Below, piece after piece: positions 19,340 to 28,342 of a DNA stretch of 64,000 nt. Below the pieces are notes generated by a model. That model was not told the origin of the DNA. It did not search any database and worked only from the letters and a program-made list of their open reading frames with translations. Location: positions 431,007 through 495,006 of the forward strand of contig CAWBLQ010000006.1 of assembly GCA_963789715.1 (NCBI GenBank), given 5' to 3'. Source of the DNA: Candidatus Binataceae bacterium. Lineage in GTDB: Bacteria; Desulfobacterota; Binatia; Binatales; Binataceae. The position numbers and the translations under genes are program-made. The number at the start of each line of letters is the position of its first letter. Within the stretch, counting starts at the first letter, position 1.

Positions 19340-19640
19340 GAAGGGATTACCAACTCCAATGACAACCGTTGTCATCAGGATCTGCGACGATGTTCGTATG
19401 ATTCTCTCACCGACTCCTGCCGATACACTCACATCGCAACACCCGAACTCCAGCCAATTCGCGGATTTGCTCACCGCCGATTTCACTCGTGCCCGTCCTC
19501 ACAGATTGATCCGCCGGCCCATTCCCGCTCACGCGCCCGCCGCCCACTCGATGGAAGAGATCGAAGAGAAAGTAAAAATGTCAAAAAACCCTCCGATCGC
19601 GGTTTCAGAACAATGTTTGTTTGCTCGTTCGCCGCTTTGG
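19340..19640. repeat. Element A: about 280-bp diverged repeat with perfect 7-1-7 palindrome TGACAAC-C-GTTGTCA at one end and a conserved GAAGARATCGAAGARAAAGTAAA block at the other
   Basis: Homologous to 39310-39620 (element B). The palindrome and the 23-nt distal block are near-identical, while the middle has diverged. Flanked here by inverted R2 copies. Confidence 0.6.
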
Positions 19641-19669
19641 TTCGAATCGTGGGCGTTTGGGAACATGTG

Positions 19670-19735
19670 GCGGAACGAGGAACGCTTACTGGCAGGCTGG
19701 CGCACACCAACCGGAAGATGTGAAGTTTAGACGGT
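19670..19735 (+). repeat. R2 repeat, forward copy abutting the methyltransferase start
   Basis: See the 19235-19305 entry. Forms an inverted pair with that copy around element A, and a direct pair with the 20575-20645 copy around the MTase gene. Confidence 0.65.
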
Positions 19736-20333
19736 GTTGCTTGTGGCGACTAACGGGTGGCGCGAGGTTTGGGATCACTTCAGGGGACGCGGCGCGTATC
19801 CGCATCAGTTCGCCTTCCTGCTGCTCAACCCGCTGCGCAGCCTGATCTTCTCGCCGCGCGAGCTGGTCGCGCGGCTTCATTTGACCGCGAACTCGCGGGT
19901 GCTGGAGCTTGGTCCGGGTCCTGGATTCTTCAGCGTTCAGATTGCACGCCGTATTCCCGGCGGTCATCTGTGCCTGGCGGACCTGCAGCGTGAGATGCTC
20001 GACAAGGCACGCGCGCGAATCAGGCGGGCGGGCGTCTCCAACGTCAGTTTCGCCCAGGCCAGCGCGAGCGCGCTGCCCTTTGCGCGCGAGGTCTTTGACG
20101 CCGCCTTTCTGGTCACGGTGCTGGGCGAGGTTCCCGATGCCGCGGCCTGCGTCGTGCAGTTGCGCGACGTACTCCGCCGCGGCGGTCTGTTGTCGATTAC
20201 CGAGCTCGCGGGCGATCCCGACGCGATGACCGAAGGCGATATCGCGGCGCTAGCCAAAGCCGCGAATCTCGAACACTCAGAGACGTTCACGAAGCGCTTC
20301 GGCTTCACGATCAACTTCAGAAAAGCGGACTGA
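19734..20333 (+). CDS. Class I SAM-dependent methyltransferase (type 11/UbiE-like small-molecule MTase)
   Basis: Motif I VLELGPGPGFFS and post-I acidic residue (LADL). The only in-frame early start is GTG/TTG at about 19734-19743. Confidence 0.65.
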   Translation: MLLVATNGWREVWDHFRGRGAYPHQFAFLLLNPLRSLIFSPRELVARLHLTANSRVLELGPGPGFFSVQIARRIPGGHLCLADLQREMLDKARARIRRAGVSNVSFAQASASALPFAREVFDAAFLVTVLGEVPDAAACVVQLRDVLRRGGLLSITELAGDPDAMTEGDIAALAKAANLEHSETFTKRFGFTINFRKAD

Positions 20334-20574
20334 ATTGAGCGGCGCCCTTTCGTCGCGCGATTGCAGAACCCTCACCTAACCCTTCGGCACTCGGGGCAGG
20401 CTCTCTCCCGTCGTTGCCGTTCCTTCCGATAAGGCAGATCTCATTCGGATGCAGCGAGGCGAAACCGGAACCGGCGGCGTTTGCGCGCCGCTGTCCGAGA
20501 TCCTTCTTTGCGCTCGCGTTGCTCGCTTCGGTCAGGATGACAAGCGTGGGCCCTTCCTTCGTCCGCGGTAAGCT

Positions 20575-20645
20575 ACCCGGCAGAACGAGGAACGCTTACT
20601 GGCAGACTCGCGTAAAGCCCAACCCGAAGATGTGAGGAACCTAAC
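20575..20645 (+). repeat. R2 repeat, forward copy, followed by a CTAACC-rich tail and GC-rich hairpin
   Basis: Matches the other R2 copies. Its tail (GGAACCTAACCTCTAACCCC…) is shared with the partial copy at 21486-21540. Confidence 0.6.
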
Positions 20646-20853
20646 CTCTAACCCCTTTTTTCGGGCCCGCGTGGGAAAGGGGAACCGGAGAGGAGAAAGA
20701 TTCCTGACAAAGGGCGGCAAAACAAGTCAGCATTTTCCTGCTATCAATTCGGCGGTCGAGCGTCTTATCCGACTGGTCTCAAATGGCGAGTTTGTTATTC
20801 TTGTTGAATGACATCCCTATTCGATGTGGGAAAACGGAAACTCCGGAGAATTC

Positions 20854-21126
20854 ATGAACAGGATCAAACTTCTTACAATACTTGCGGTGGCCGGAATCTG
20901 CTTCGCGGCGATGGCTCCCAAAACGGAGGCTCAGGTCACGATCAACATTGGAGTCCCGCCTGAGTGCCCATACGGTTACTATGACTACGCTCCCTACGAA
21001 TGCGCTCCCTACGGCTACTACGGCCCGGAATGGTTTTCCGATGACGTGTTCATTGGCGCCGGCCCGTGGTTCCATGGGCATCCCGAGTTCCAAGGCCACG
21101 TAAATAACACTTACGATCCTCAATAG
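20854..21126 (+). CDS. Small secreted Tyr/Gly/Pro-rich protein (signal peptide + about 65-aa mature part)
   Basis: MNRIKLLTILAVAGICFAAMAPKTEAQ signal peptide, then PECPYGYYDYAPYECAPYGYYGPEWF. Lower GC. No family recognised. Confidence 0.45.
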   Translation: MNRIKLLTILAVAGICFAAMAPKTEAQVTINIGVPPECPYGYYDYAPYECAPYGYYGPEWFSDDVFIGAGPWFHGHPEFQGHVNNTYDPQ

Positions 21127-21281
21127 CGGCTACAAAGGCCCGCGGCCAAAGCCGGGCGAAAAACCTGAGCCGTCCAAGCCTGTGGGTAAAGTTGCGAACT
21201 TCAAAGGAAATGAAGTGCGTGATGGGCGCGGTCACGTAGCCGAGGGCAAAAAATAGGAACATCCGCACGTGCACGACAAGT

Positions 21282-21473
21282 ATGATTTCAAAGAAGCGAC
21301 CGGTTGACGGATGGGCGAAACCGCGGGAGACCAAAGGCCAGACCATGGCGGAATACGCCCTTGTGCTCGCCGGACTGGCACTCGTCGCTTACGGGCTGAG
21401 TCCGACTTCCGGCTACAACTTCCTTGACAATGCGATCATGGCCTTGCTCGCGAAGGTTACGTCGCTGTTCTAG
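21282..21473 (+). CDS. Flp/Fap-family type IVb prepilin candidate (orphan, no tad genes in window)
   Basis: Flp-type processing motif G^QTMAEY followed by a hydrophobic ALVLAGLALVAYGL segment. An alternative start at 21345 would give a leaderless 42-aa product. Confidence 0.4.
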   Translation: MISKKRPVDGWAKPRETKGQTMAEYALVLAGLALVAYGLSPTSGYNFLDNAIMALLAKVTSLF

Positions 21474-21485
21474 GCAAGTCCCATG

Positions 21486-21540
21486 CGAGCCCGCCTGACT
21501 CTTCGCCCGAAGATATGAGGAACCTAACCCCTAACCCCTT
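21486..21540 (+). repeat. Partial R2 repeat tail (CGCCCGAAGATATGAGGAACCTAACCCCTAACCCC) followed by GC hairpins
   Basis: Matches the 3' part of the R2 copy at 20615-20660. Followed by the CCCTTCCCGCGCGGGAAGGG palindrome. Confidence 0.5.
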
Positions 21541-21625
21541 CCCGCGCGGGAAGGGGGACCGAATAGAAGCGATTCGCCTTTCCGCAGGGGAAGGGGGACC
21601 GGAGGACTACTTCGATGACAGGATG

Positions 21626-22783
21626 TCAGTTCGCGGCGGCGGAGCGTTCGGCTATCAGGCGGTCTAGTTCGGCGCGGAGCTTGGGTAGGACTTCTTCGTA
21701 GCCGTAGTAGCCTAGCTTGCGATCCTTTTTCTTGAGGTTCACCGTGGTCGGGCCGCACCATAGGCCGAGGTCGGCGTCGTCGGTTTCGCCCGGGCCGTTC
21801 ACGCGGCATCCCATGATCGCGATCGTGATCTTGTGCTTCTCGGCGTAGGTCGTGAGTTCCTTAACCTGCTGCGCCAGCTCGACGAATTTCTCGTTCTCGA
21901 CGCGCGAGCACGACGGGCACGAGATGATATTGAGTCCCGCGCCGAAGTCGGGCACCGAGATGAACCTGCCGGCGGCGACGTCCTCGATTATCTTGTGCCC
22001 GACGAGCACTTCCTCGTGCTTGCGCTCGTTGGGGAGCGTGAGCGAGACGCGAATCGTGTCGCCGATATCCTGCGCGAGCAGCTTCTCGAACGCGATGCGG
22101 GTCTTGATGATGCCGTCGGGCGGCAAGCCCGCCTCGGTGACGCCGAGATGAAGCGGCACGTCGGGCCGGCGCTGCGAGAATCGCCGATTCGCGTCCATCA
22201 CCTTGTTGGGATCGGAATCCTTGAGCGACACGACGAAGCGGGTGAAGCCGAGCTGGTCCATCAGATCGCAGTGGTACGCGGCGGACTCGACGATCGCCGC
22301 CAGCTGATCGCCGGGGTACTTGTCGAGGAAGGCCGGCGCCACCGAGCCGCAGTTGACGCCGATGCGGATGGCGACGTCGTTGTCGCGCGCGACCTCGACC
22401 AGCCATTTCACTTTTTGCTCGATGGTCTTCGACTTCTCGATGTGGTGCAGATGGCCGGGGTTGTAGCGAATCTTGTCGACGTGCGGCGCGACCCGGTCGG
22501 CGATTTTATAGTTCTCCTGCAGATCGACCGACAGCACGACGCCTTTGGTCTGCCGGCGGATTTCCTTCAGCGCCGGAATTTCCTTCTCACTGTCCGTCGC
22601 GATCCGGACGATTCCCGCGCCGGCGTTGGCGAGCTGATGCGCCTGCGCGATGGTCTCGTCGATGTCGATGGTGCGCGTCGCGCACATCGATTGGACAACT
22701 ACCGGCGCATCGCCGCCGACCCTGGTCCCGCCAATCGTGATCTGCCGTGTCTTCCGATCTTTTCGTACTAAAGCCATTGCCAC
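21626..22783 (-). CDS. ispG: 4-hydroxy-3-methylbut-2-en-1-yl diphosphate synthase (MEP pathway)
   Basis: 385 aa. Typical GcpE pattern (QSMCATRT…, three Cys of the 4Fe-4S site CPSCSR…GCRVNGPGE). Confidence 0.95.
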   Translation of the reverse strand: MAMALVRKDRKTRQITIGGTRVGGDAPVVVQSMCATRTIDIDETIAQAHQLANAGAGIVRIATDSEKEIPALKEIRRQTKGVVLSVDLQENYKIADRVAPHVDKIRYNPGHLHHIEKSKTIEQKVKWLVEVARDNDVAIRIGVNCGSVAPAFLDKYPGDQLAAIVESAAYHCDLMDQLGFTRFVVSLKDSDPNKVMDANRRFSQRRPDVPLHLGVTEAGLPPDGIIKTRIAFEKLLAQDIGDTIRVSLTLPNERKHEEVLVGHKIIEDVAAGRFISVPDFGAGLNIISCPSCSRVENEKFVELAQQVKELTTYAEKHKITIAIMGCRVNGPGETDDADLGLWCGPTTVNLKKKDRKLGYYGYEEVLPKLRAELDRLIAERSAAAN

Positions 22784-22822
22784 CTGCTGACTCTCTATGC
22801 TGCCGAATGCGCGCCGCGCTTG

Positions 22823-23155
22823 CTAGTGCTTGTGTTCGTCCGCCACCGCCATCGCGATCGCGCCGTGACTGAACGCCGCGCCCGCGCGCATCGCGGCCGC
22901 AACCCAGACCGCCTCCGCGATTTCCTGATCGGTGCATCCCTTTTCTTTGGCGCGCGTGACGTGCGCCTCGATACACCACGGGCACTGCGTGACATGCGCG
23001 GCGGTAATCGCCATCAGCTCTTTGGTCTTGCTGGGAATCGCGCCGTCCTTGAAAACTTCCTTGTCGAATTCGAGGAAGCCCTTGAAGGCGTCGGGCGCAT
23101 TCTGGCGCAGGTTGCGGAGATACTTCGAGGTTTCCTTGCCGTAAAAGTCAGCCAT
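22823..23155 (-). CDS. Carboxymuconolactone decarboxylase / AhpD-like family protein
   Basis: 110 aa from MADFYGK…, with the AhpD-core CPWCI-EAH motif. Strong RBS (AGGAGGA) 8 nt upstream of this ATG. The track ORF's longer N-terminus is unlikely. Confidence 0.7.
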   Translation of the reverse strand: MADFYGKETSKYLRNLRQNAPDAFKGFLEFDKEVFKDGAIPSKTKELMAITAAHVTQCPWCIEAHVTRAKEKGCTDQEIAEAVWVAAAMRAGAAFSHGAIAMAVADEHKH

Positions 23156-23493
23156 GGTGATCCTCCTCGGCGTTTCTTTCGCGCTGATAATCCAACTATA
23201 GCAGAGCGCCTGCGCGTATCGATAACAACTGTGTTTCGCGCGTCCGCGCCGTTCGCCTACGCTAATTTTAGCGGCATCGCCAGACAAACTCTGCTTATCC
23301 AAGGCTAGCAACGGCAAATCTACGCTGTGACTTTTCCCTTGCAATGAGTCAGCGTTCTCACTAAGTTTCTTTCTCCGTCGATAATTATTAGACGGAACGA
23401 GGCATCGCATAAGAGATGCTGGTGTTCGCCGATCGCGTACCGCAAAAATTCGACGTTCAAGCTCTTCGCTCGGGGGAGGGAGGAAGCTGAACA

Positions 23494-23940
23494 ATGAGTA
23501 CCGTGGTCTCCACAATCGCCGCCGCCGATCCGCGTCCGTTTCCCGACGTTATCCTGCGCAGCCAGTTTTTCGAGATGATGGGCACGCGAGCGCTGTCGAG
23601 CGAGCAGCGGCTGATGCTCGCAGTGCTGGCCGACGCGATCAACATCGTGCAGGAATTCGGCGGCTCGTCGAGCCTGCGCAAACGCAACTCGTTCAACGAC
23701 GCGTGGAACTGGTTCTTCGCTAAGGGCGTGTCGTGTCCGCTGTCGTTTCTGAGCGTGTGCGACGCGCTGGGGATCGACGCGCAGGGCTTGCGATGGCGCC
23801 TGTCGGAACTCGTCGCAGGCCGCGGCGGCACTCCGCTGCGGCTGCGGCTGAAGGAAGCGAGTCGGATGCAGCGGCTCACGGTGAATCGAGTGCGGCGGCG
23901 CGATCCGCGCAAGACGCATCGCGGCACTCGGGCGCGGTAG
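23494..23940 (+). CDS. Hypothetical protein (148 aa), first gene of a three-gene unknown cluster
   Basis: Strong RBS GGGAGGGAGGAAG before the ATG. Host-like codon usage. No domain recognised. Confidence 0.5.
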   Translation: MSTVVSTIAAADPRPFPDVILRSQFFEMMGTRALSSEQRLMLAVLADAINIVQEFGGSSSLRKRNSFNDAWNWFFAKGVSCPLSFLSVCDALGIDAQGLRWRLSELVAGRGGTPLRLRLKEASRMQRLTVNRVRRRDPRKTHRGTRAR

Positions 23941-24005
23941 GCAGGGGTGACCCCTGCACCCAGTTACTAAGACAAGGATGCGGGACTTCGTCCCTGTTAG
24001 AACTC
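23940..24005 (+). repeat. R1 palindromic REP-like repeat, copy 2
   Basis: See the 17851-17915 entry. Lies between gene 1 and gene 2 of the SprT-like cluster. Confidence 0.7.
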
Positions 24006-24168
24006 CAATGGCGAGGATGGAACGGCGCTCGGCTAGGGTTTAGCTTTTCGTGGCTAAAACGTGTCAAAACGGCTCTTGACGGGCGATTTTCAGCATAAAA
24101 CGCAATCAAACGGCGGTATAAACCTGGATTCTGCCGATCGGGTTTGACTGTGACGAGCGCGCCTCCAT

Positions 24169-24738
24169 ATGATCTCCCTCACACCTGATATCGGAGGTCG
24201 GCTGCTCGTGCGAATGATTATTCCCCCTGTCGCCCATCGCCGCGAAATTGATCGCAACCTCGCCGAATTTTTCCGCGGCCATCGTGCCGCACATTTCAAC
24301 CGCGCCATCTCCTCGATGTGCCGATACTTCAACGTGCGCCGCCCGCGTATCGAATGGTTCGAGTACATCGACTGGGGCAAGACGGCAGGCCGGACATACG
24401 AAGACGGCCGCATCCATCTCGTGCATCCGGAAAACTGGAAACGCGGCCGCGTCTATTTCAGCGAGCGCAAGTGGATTCAAATGATCTACCACGAGATGGG
24501 TCATTTCCTGCTCTGGAGCGACCCCGAACGCAAGGCTGACATCTTCTCGCGCCGGATGATTACCGGGCTGAGAGGGCCGGGCCGCCGGCATGCCGCGCGC
24601 TCGCGCAGCCGGTCCGGAATCTCGAGCACGCGACGCGCGGCAAACCGCGTCCGCAAGCGCCGAGCACGCATCTCGGTCGCACGAAAGTCCAGGCGCTTAG
24701 CGCGCGGCGCCGCTCGTAAAACTCGGCGGGTGGCCTGA
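24169..24738 (+). CDS. SprT-like zinc metalloprotease domain protein with long arginine-rich C-terminal tail
   Basis: The core (…GRTYEDGRIHLVHPENW…ERKWIQMIYHEMGHFLLW) parallels the E. coli SprT segment around HELAHLLVW. About 60 C-terminal residues are Arg/Ser-rich (RSRSRS…RKRRAR…). Confidence 0.45.
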   Translation: MISLTPDIGGRLLVRMIIPPVAHRREIDRNLAEFFRGHRAAHFNRAISSMCRYFNVRRPRIEWFEYIDWGKTAGRTYEDGRIHLVHPENWKRGRVYFSERKWIQMIYHEMGHFLLWSDPERKADIFSRRMITGLRGPGRRHAARSRSRSGISSTRRAANRVRKRRARISVARKSRRLARGAARKTRRVA

Positions 24739-25289
24739 TGCCGCAGAAGCCCACCGTCGAAAACCGCTGGTGGGTCGAAACCACCTTCAAGAAACCCAAA
24801 CGGGCCAAGTCCGAGACCGAGATGCCGCAGTTGCCGGTCGCGATGGCCTTCTATCAGGTCGCGCAAGACTACGATCAGGATCGCGCCAAGGAAGATCTCA
24901 CCGACAACAACCTGCGCATCGCGCGCGAGGCCAACCCGCCGCAGGGCGATTGGGCCTACGTCGCGATGACCGAGCAGCACGCGCCGGCCAATGTGATCAA
25001 GCGCGTCAAGGACGAGTTCCGCATCCCGCGCGAGGCGCGCGGTATCGTGATCGATCACGGCCGCGTGGTGCGGCTGCTGATCTGCGGCCCGCAGCTCGAA
25101 GACTGGATGCTGGACATCACGCTCGGCGACGAACCGTCGGTTGACGCCTACGTCTGGTCGGTGATGTACCGTGAAAGAATCTTTCGCCGCGCCGAAGAGG
25201 CGCTGCGCCTGGCGCGCAAATGGGCGATCAACCTGCTCCAATTCCCGCCCCCACGAGACGAGCCTTTCCGCGGCTCCCTGCTGACATAA
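24738..25289 (+). CDS. Hypothetical protein (183 aa), translationally coupled to the SprT-like gene
   Basis: Its ATG overlaps the upstream TGA (TGATG). No recognised domain. Confidence 0.45.
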   Translation: MPQKPTVENRWWVETTFKKPKRAKSETEMPQLPVAMAFYQVAQDYDQDRAKEDLTDNNLRIAREANPPQGDWAYVAMTEQHAPANVIKRVKDEFRIPREARGIVIDHGRVVRLLICGPQLEDWMLDITLGDEPSVDAYVWSVMYRERIFRRAEEALRLARKWAINLLQFPPPRDEPFRGSLLT

Positions 25290-25378
25290 GCGCGCTTCGC
25301 GCTCCGCTTAGCTCCCTTTCAAATCCACTTCCTCCGCGCTAGACATCGAGTCGTGACCCCCGCCGACCCGGCCGCGCC

Positions 25379-26524
25379 ATGAAATCCCTGTCGCTCGTGC
25401 TCCGAAACCTCGCCCGCAACAAGCGCCGCACCATCCTCACCATGCTCTCGATCACCGTCTCGGTGTTCGTGTTCGCCTCGCTGATCAGCCTGCCCGGCCT
25501 GCTCAACCAGGTGCTGCGCGACCGCGCCAACTCGCGGCGGCTCATCTGCCACAGCAAGGCCGGCATGCTCTACTTGCTGCCGGAGTCTTACCGCCGGCGA
25601 ATCGAGACCGTGCGCCACGTCGAGGCAGTGGCGGCGTACAGCGTCTTCCTGTCGACCTACCGCGATCCGAGCCAGCAGCTCGGCGTGCTCGCGGTGGACG
25701 ACGATCATATCCGCGAAATATTTCCCGATTGGGATGTCAGTCCGGAAACCGAGCGCGAATTCCAAAGCCTGCGCACCGCGGCGCTGGTCGCAACTAATCT
25801 GATGAAGCTTTACGGCTGGAAAGTCGGCCAGACGATCATGCTGCGCGGCACGCAGTATCCGGTCGATCTCCAGCTTACGATCGTGGGCGTGCTCAACGAG
25901 GATGCGTCCGGGCCGCGAATCATCTTCAGGCGCGACTACATGGAAGAACTGCTCGGCAGGCCGGGCACCGCCAACCTGTTCTGGGTGAAAATTGACAGCT
26001 CCAAATCGGCGCCCGAAGTGATCGCCGCCGTCGACGAGATGTTTGCCAACTCGGAGAACGAGACCGCCACCGAAACCGAAGTCGCGCTGATCAAGAACGA
26101 AGTCGGCAGCAACCTGAGCCTGCTGCTCAACGGCGCAAAATTTCTCGCCGCGATCGTCATCTTCACAATCGCGCTGGTCGCCGCCAACACGGCCGCGATG
26201 GCGGTGCGCGAGCGGCGCCAGGAAATCGCCGTGATGCGCGCGATTGGATTCACGCGCAACTCGATCGTCGCGCGAATCCTGGTCGAGGGTCTGATTGTCG
26301 GCGTGACCGGCGGCGCGCTCGGATGCGTCCTCGCAATTCTGGGATTCGACCTGCTGCCGCACGTTTCCGGAGCGCTGGGCCCGCTCGCGCTCGCGATGAC
26401 GATGCAGCCGCGAACGATCGCCTACAGTTTCGGAGTCGCCGCGCTGATAGGAGCGGCCAGCGGCTTCATCCCGGCAGCGCTGGCGACCCGCGGCGACATC
26501 TCAACCGAACTCCGCGCCATCTAG
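25379..26524 (+). CDS. ABC transporter permease, FtsX/MacB/LolE family (no ATPase partner adjacent)
   Basis: 381 aa. N-terminal TM, periplasmic domain, C-terminal FtsX-like 3-TM bundle (…AVMRAIGF…). Confidence 0.8.
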   Translation: MKSLSLVLRNLARNKRRTILTMLSITVSVFVFASLISLPGLLNQVLRDRANSRRLICHSKAGMLYLLPESYRRRIETVRHVEAVAAYSVFLSTYRDPSQQLGVLAVDDDHIREIFPDWDVSPETEREFQSLRTAALVATNLMKLYGWKVGQTIMLRGTQYPVDLQLTIVGVLNEDASGPRIIFRRDYMEELLGRPGTANLFWVKIDSSKSAPEVIAAVDEMFANSENETATETEVALIKNEVGSNLSLLLNGAKFLAAIVIFTIALVAANTAAMAVRERRQEIAVMRAIGFTRNSIVARILVEGLIVGVTGGALGCVLAILGFDLLPHVSGALGPLALAMTMQPRTIAYSFGVAALIGAASGFIPAALATRGDISTELRAI

Positions 26525-26601
26525 GGAGGGCCGTGCGAGCGGAAATATTGAATCTCAGGACAGGGGTTGTAACGCAGGGGAAAGATCTGAAGGAGAAAGA
26601 G

Positions 26602-26991
26602 ATGAAGCCAATTCCGAGCGGAACAGAACTCGCCCGCCCATTCATGCCTGCAAAGGACTTTGATCTCTCCAAGCACTTCTATGAAACGCTGGGCTTCGAA
26701 AAACTTCTTGACGGAGATGTGGCGATCTTCAGGGCCGGTTCCGGCGGCTTCATACTTCAGCGCCATTATCAAAAGGACTGGGCTGAAAACTTTATGATGC
26801 AGCTCATGGTTGATGATCTTGACGCCTGGTGGACGCACATCGATGGGCTTGACCTGCCCGGAAAATTCCATGTTCAGCCTCCGCGCGCGCCGGCCGTGCA
26901 GCCATGGGGCCTTCGGATCGCTTACGTCGTGGATCCATCCGGAGTTCTTTGGCACATTGGCGAACGGCGCGATGGCGCAATACAAGACTAG
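26602..26991 (+). CDS. VOC-family (glyoxalase/bleomycin-resistance fold) protein
   Basis: 129 aa from MKPIP…, with RBS AGGAGAAAGAG. The FYETLGFEKL beta-alpha-beta-beta-beta pattern is typical of the VOC fold. Confidence 0.65.
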   Translation: MKPIPSGTELARPFMPAKDFDLSKHFYETLGFEKLLDGDVAIFRAGSGGFILQRHYQKDWAENFMMQLMVDDLDAWWTHIDGLDLPGKFHVQPPRAPAVQPWGLRIAYVVDPSGVLWHIGERRDGAIQD

Positions 26992-27140
26992 CGCGGAACT
27001 CCGCGCCATCTAGAGTTCCAACCTCTTCTTCTCAAATTTTGGTGCTTGCCTCCCAGCATGACGCCGAATAGTTGTGAATCTCATCACACTGCGGCGCGCG
27101 CCCGTCCCGACACGCATTTTCAGTCGAGAAAGGTGAATCA

Positions 27141-27425
27141 ATGCAGAAATTAATTTACGCAACGATCACGCTATCGATCTTCCTGAGCGCAAGCGGCTGC
27201 TCGACGACGAACAATCAGGCCGTGCAGCAGAAGCAGGCGTGCACCGCCGGCAATCCGCATCCGTGGTGTATGCAGATGGCGCAGACCAGGCCGCTGGGAT
27301 CTTGGGATTCCCATGGCCCGACTAATCCCGAAATGCAGGACGACACCACGCCCTATCCGAGGAACCCTGCTCTGCAGCTCATCACTCCCGGCCACGGCCC
27401 GCTAATGATCGGCGGGATGCCCTAG
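27141..27425 (+). CDS. Small lipoprotein (lipobox LSASGC), hypothetical
   Basis: Signal peptide plus lipobox cysteine. Lower-GC gene. Confidence 0.5.
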   Translation: MQKLIYATITLSIFLSASGCSTTNNQAVQQKQACTAGNPHPWCMQMAQTRPLGSWDSHGPTNPEMQDDTTPYPRNPALQLITPGHGPLMIGGMP

Positions 27426-27440
27426 CGCGGGACCTGACAG

Positions 27441-27860
27441 CTATTTTTTGAACTCGACGGTGGCCGTCCCGGTCACGAGGCGCTCCGACTCCTCGTTCTC
27501 CATCCAGACGTCGATCTCGGCTGTGCGGTCCGCGGGATTCTTGTTGGTGATGAAGCCGTGAATCGTGATCGTGTGGTCGGGCTGCACCGGCACGCGATAG
27601 GTCGTGCTCATCCGGGCGAGCCACGCGTTGCTCGAGCCGATCCAATCCGTCACCAGCTTCGACAGCAGCCCGAGGCTCATGTTGCCCGGGAGGATCATCC
27701 CCGGCAGCCCTTCCTTCTTCGCGGCTTCGTCGTCGGTAAAGCGGCCCGCGCCTTCGCCCATGCCCATCGTTTTGGCGTAGGCGCGGCACTGATCTTTCGT
27801 GACGAACAGCTCGAGCGGGCCGAGCGTGTCGCCGATATTGATCTCTTCGAAACTTTTCAC
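27441..27860 (-). CDS. MaoC-like (R)-hydratase hot-dog domain protein
   Basis: 139-aa MaoC dehydratase pattern. Overlaps the upstream MaoC-N-like gene by 4 nt. Confidence 0.8.
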   Translation of the reverse strand: MKSFEEINIGDTLGPLELFVTKDQCRAYAKTMGMGEGAGRFTDDEAAKKEGLPGMILPGNMSLGLLSKLVTDWIGSSNAWLARMSTTYRVPVQPDHTITIHGFITNKNPADRTAEIDVWMENEESERLVTGTATVEFKK

Positions 27861-28303
27861 GTGCGGTTCATGAAGCGATGGTCGATGTGGGCCAGCACTT
27901 CGTCCTTCTGGTTCTTCAGGGTCGAGCGGATCACGACGAAGACCATGGTGCCCGTGCGTCCGGTCTTCTCGTAAATTTCCTTCACGTGGGAGCTCAGCGT
28001 TATATTGTCGCCGGGCCTGATCGGCGCGACGAACTCGACGTCCTTGCCGGCGTCGAAGCCGCGGCGGCCGAAGCGCGGGACGTTCTCGAAGAAGTGCCGG
28101 CCGTTGCGGAACGTCACGGCGAACGACGGCGGCGCGACGATACCTCCGTACGGCCCTTTCTTCGCCGCCTCGTCGTCGGTGTAAATCGGATTGGTCTCGC
28201 CGAGCGCCGCGCAGTAGCGTTTGATCTTCTCGGCCTTGACCTCGACGGGCTCGGTCACTTCGAAGACCTTGTTGATCAGCGCCGGATCGTAATTGACTGC
28301 CAT
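27857..28303 (-). CDS. MaoC N-terminal-like hot-dog protein (partner subunit of a heteromeric enoyl-CoA hydratase)
   Basis: 148 aa. Hot-dog fold lacking the catalytic pattern of its neighbour. Paired arrangement as in ChsH1/ChsH2-type hydratases. Confidence 0.7.
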   Translation of the reverse strand: MAVNYDPALINKVFEVTEPVEVKAEKIKRYCAALGETNPIYTDDEAAKKGPYGGIVAPPSFAVTFRNGRHFFENVPRFGRRGFDAGKDVEFVAPIRPGDNITLSSHVKEIYEKTGRTGTMVFVVIRSTLKNQKDEVLAHIDHRFMNRT

Positions 28304-28342
28304 CGTCGTTCTCTCGTTACCTTGCTGTTCGTCCCCGCGGCG

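Noticed and set aside
19359-19730. 123-aa ORF (and reciprocal minus-strand ORFs) spanning element A, plus analogous ORFs over element B
   Set aside because: The ORFs are not conserved between the two element copies (different frames and lengths). The MTTVV openings on both strands are just the palindrome read in either direction. Only the short E-E-I-E-E-K-V block might be coding.
20380-21545. Telomere-like CTAACCC / TAACCCC mini-repeats
   Set aside because: Only two to three units each, at the tails of R2 repeats. Far too short for telomeric or hairpin-end function. Treated as part of the repeat tail.
17490-21600. Integron-like cassette array hypothesis
   Set aside because: Genes separated by repeats on one strand looked cassette-like. 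No intI integrase, no attI, and the repeats lack the GTTRRRY/RYYYAAC attC core pair. Downgraded to a generic cassette/MITE-like arrangement.
22823-23515. Longer 230-aa version of the AhpD-like ORF
   Set aside because: The N-terminal extension is Arg/Ser-rich and lacks an RBS. The internal Met at 23155 has a strong AGGAGGA RBS and yields a canonical about 110-aa AhpD-core protein.
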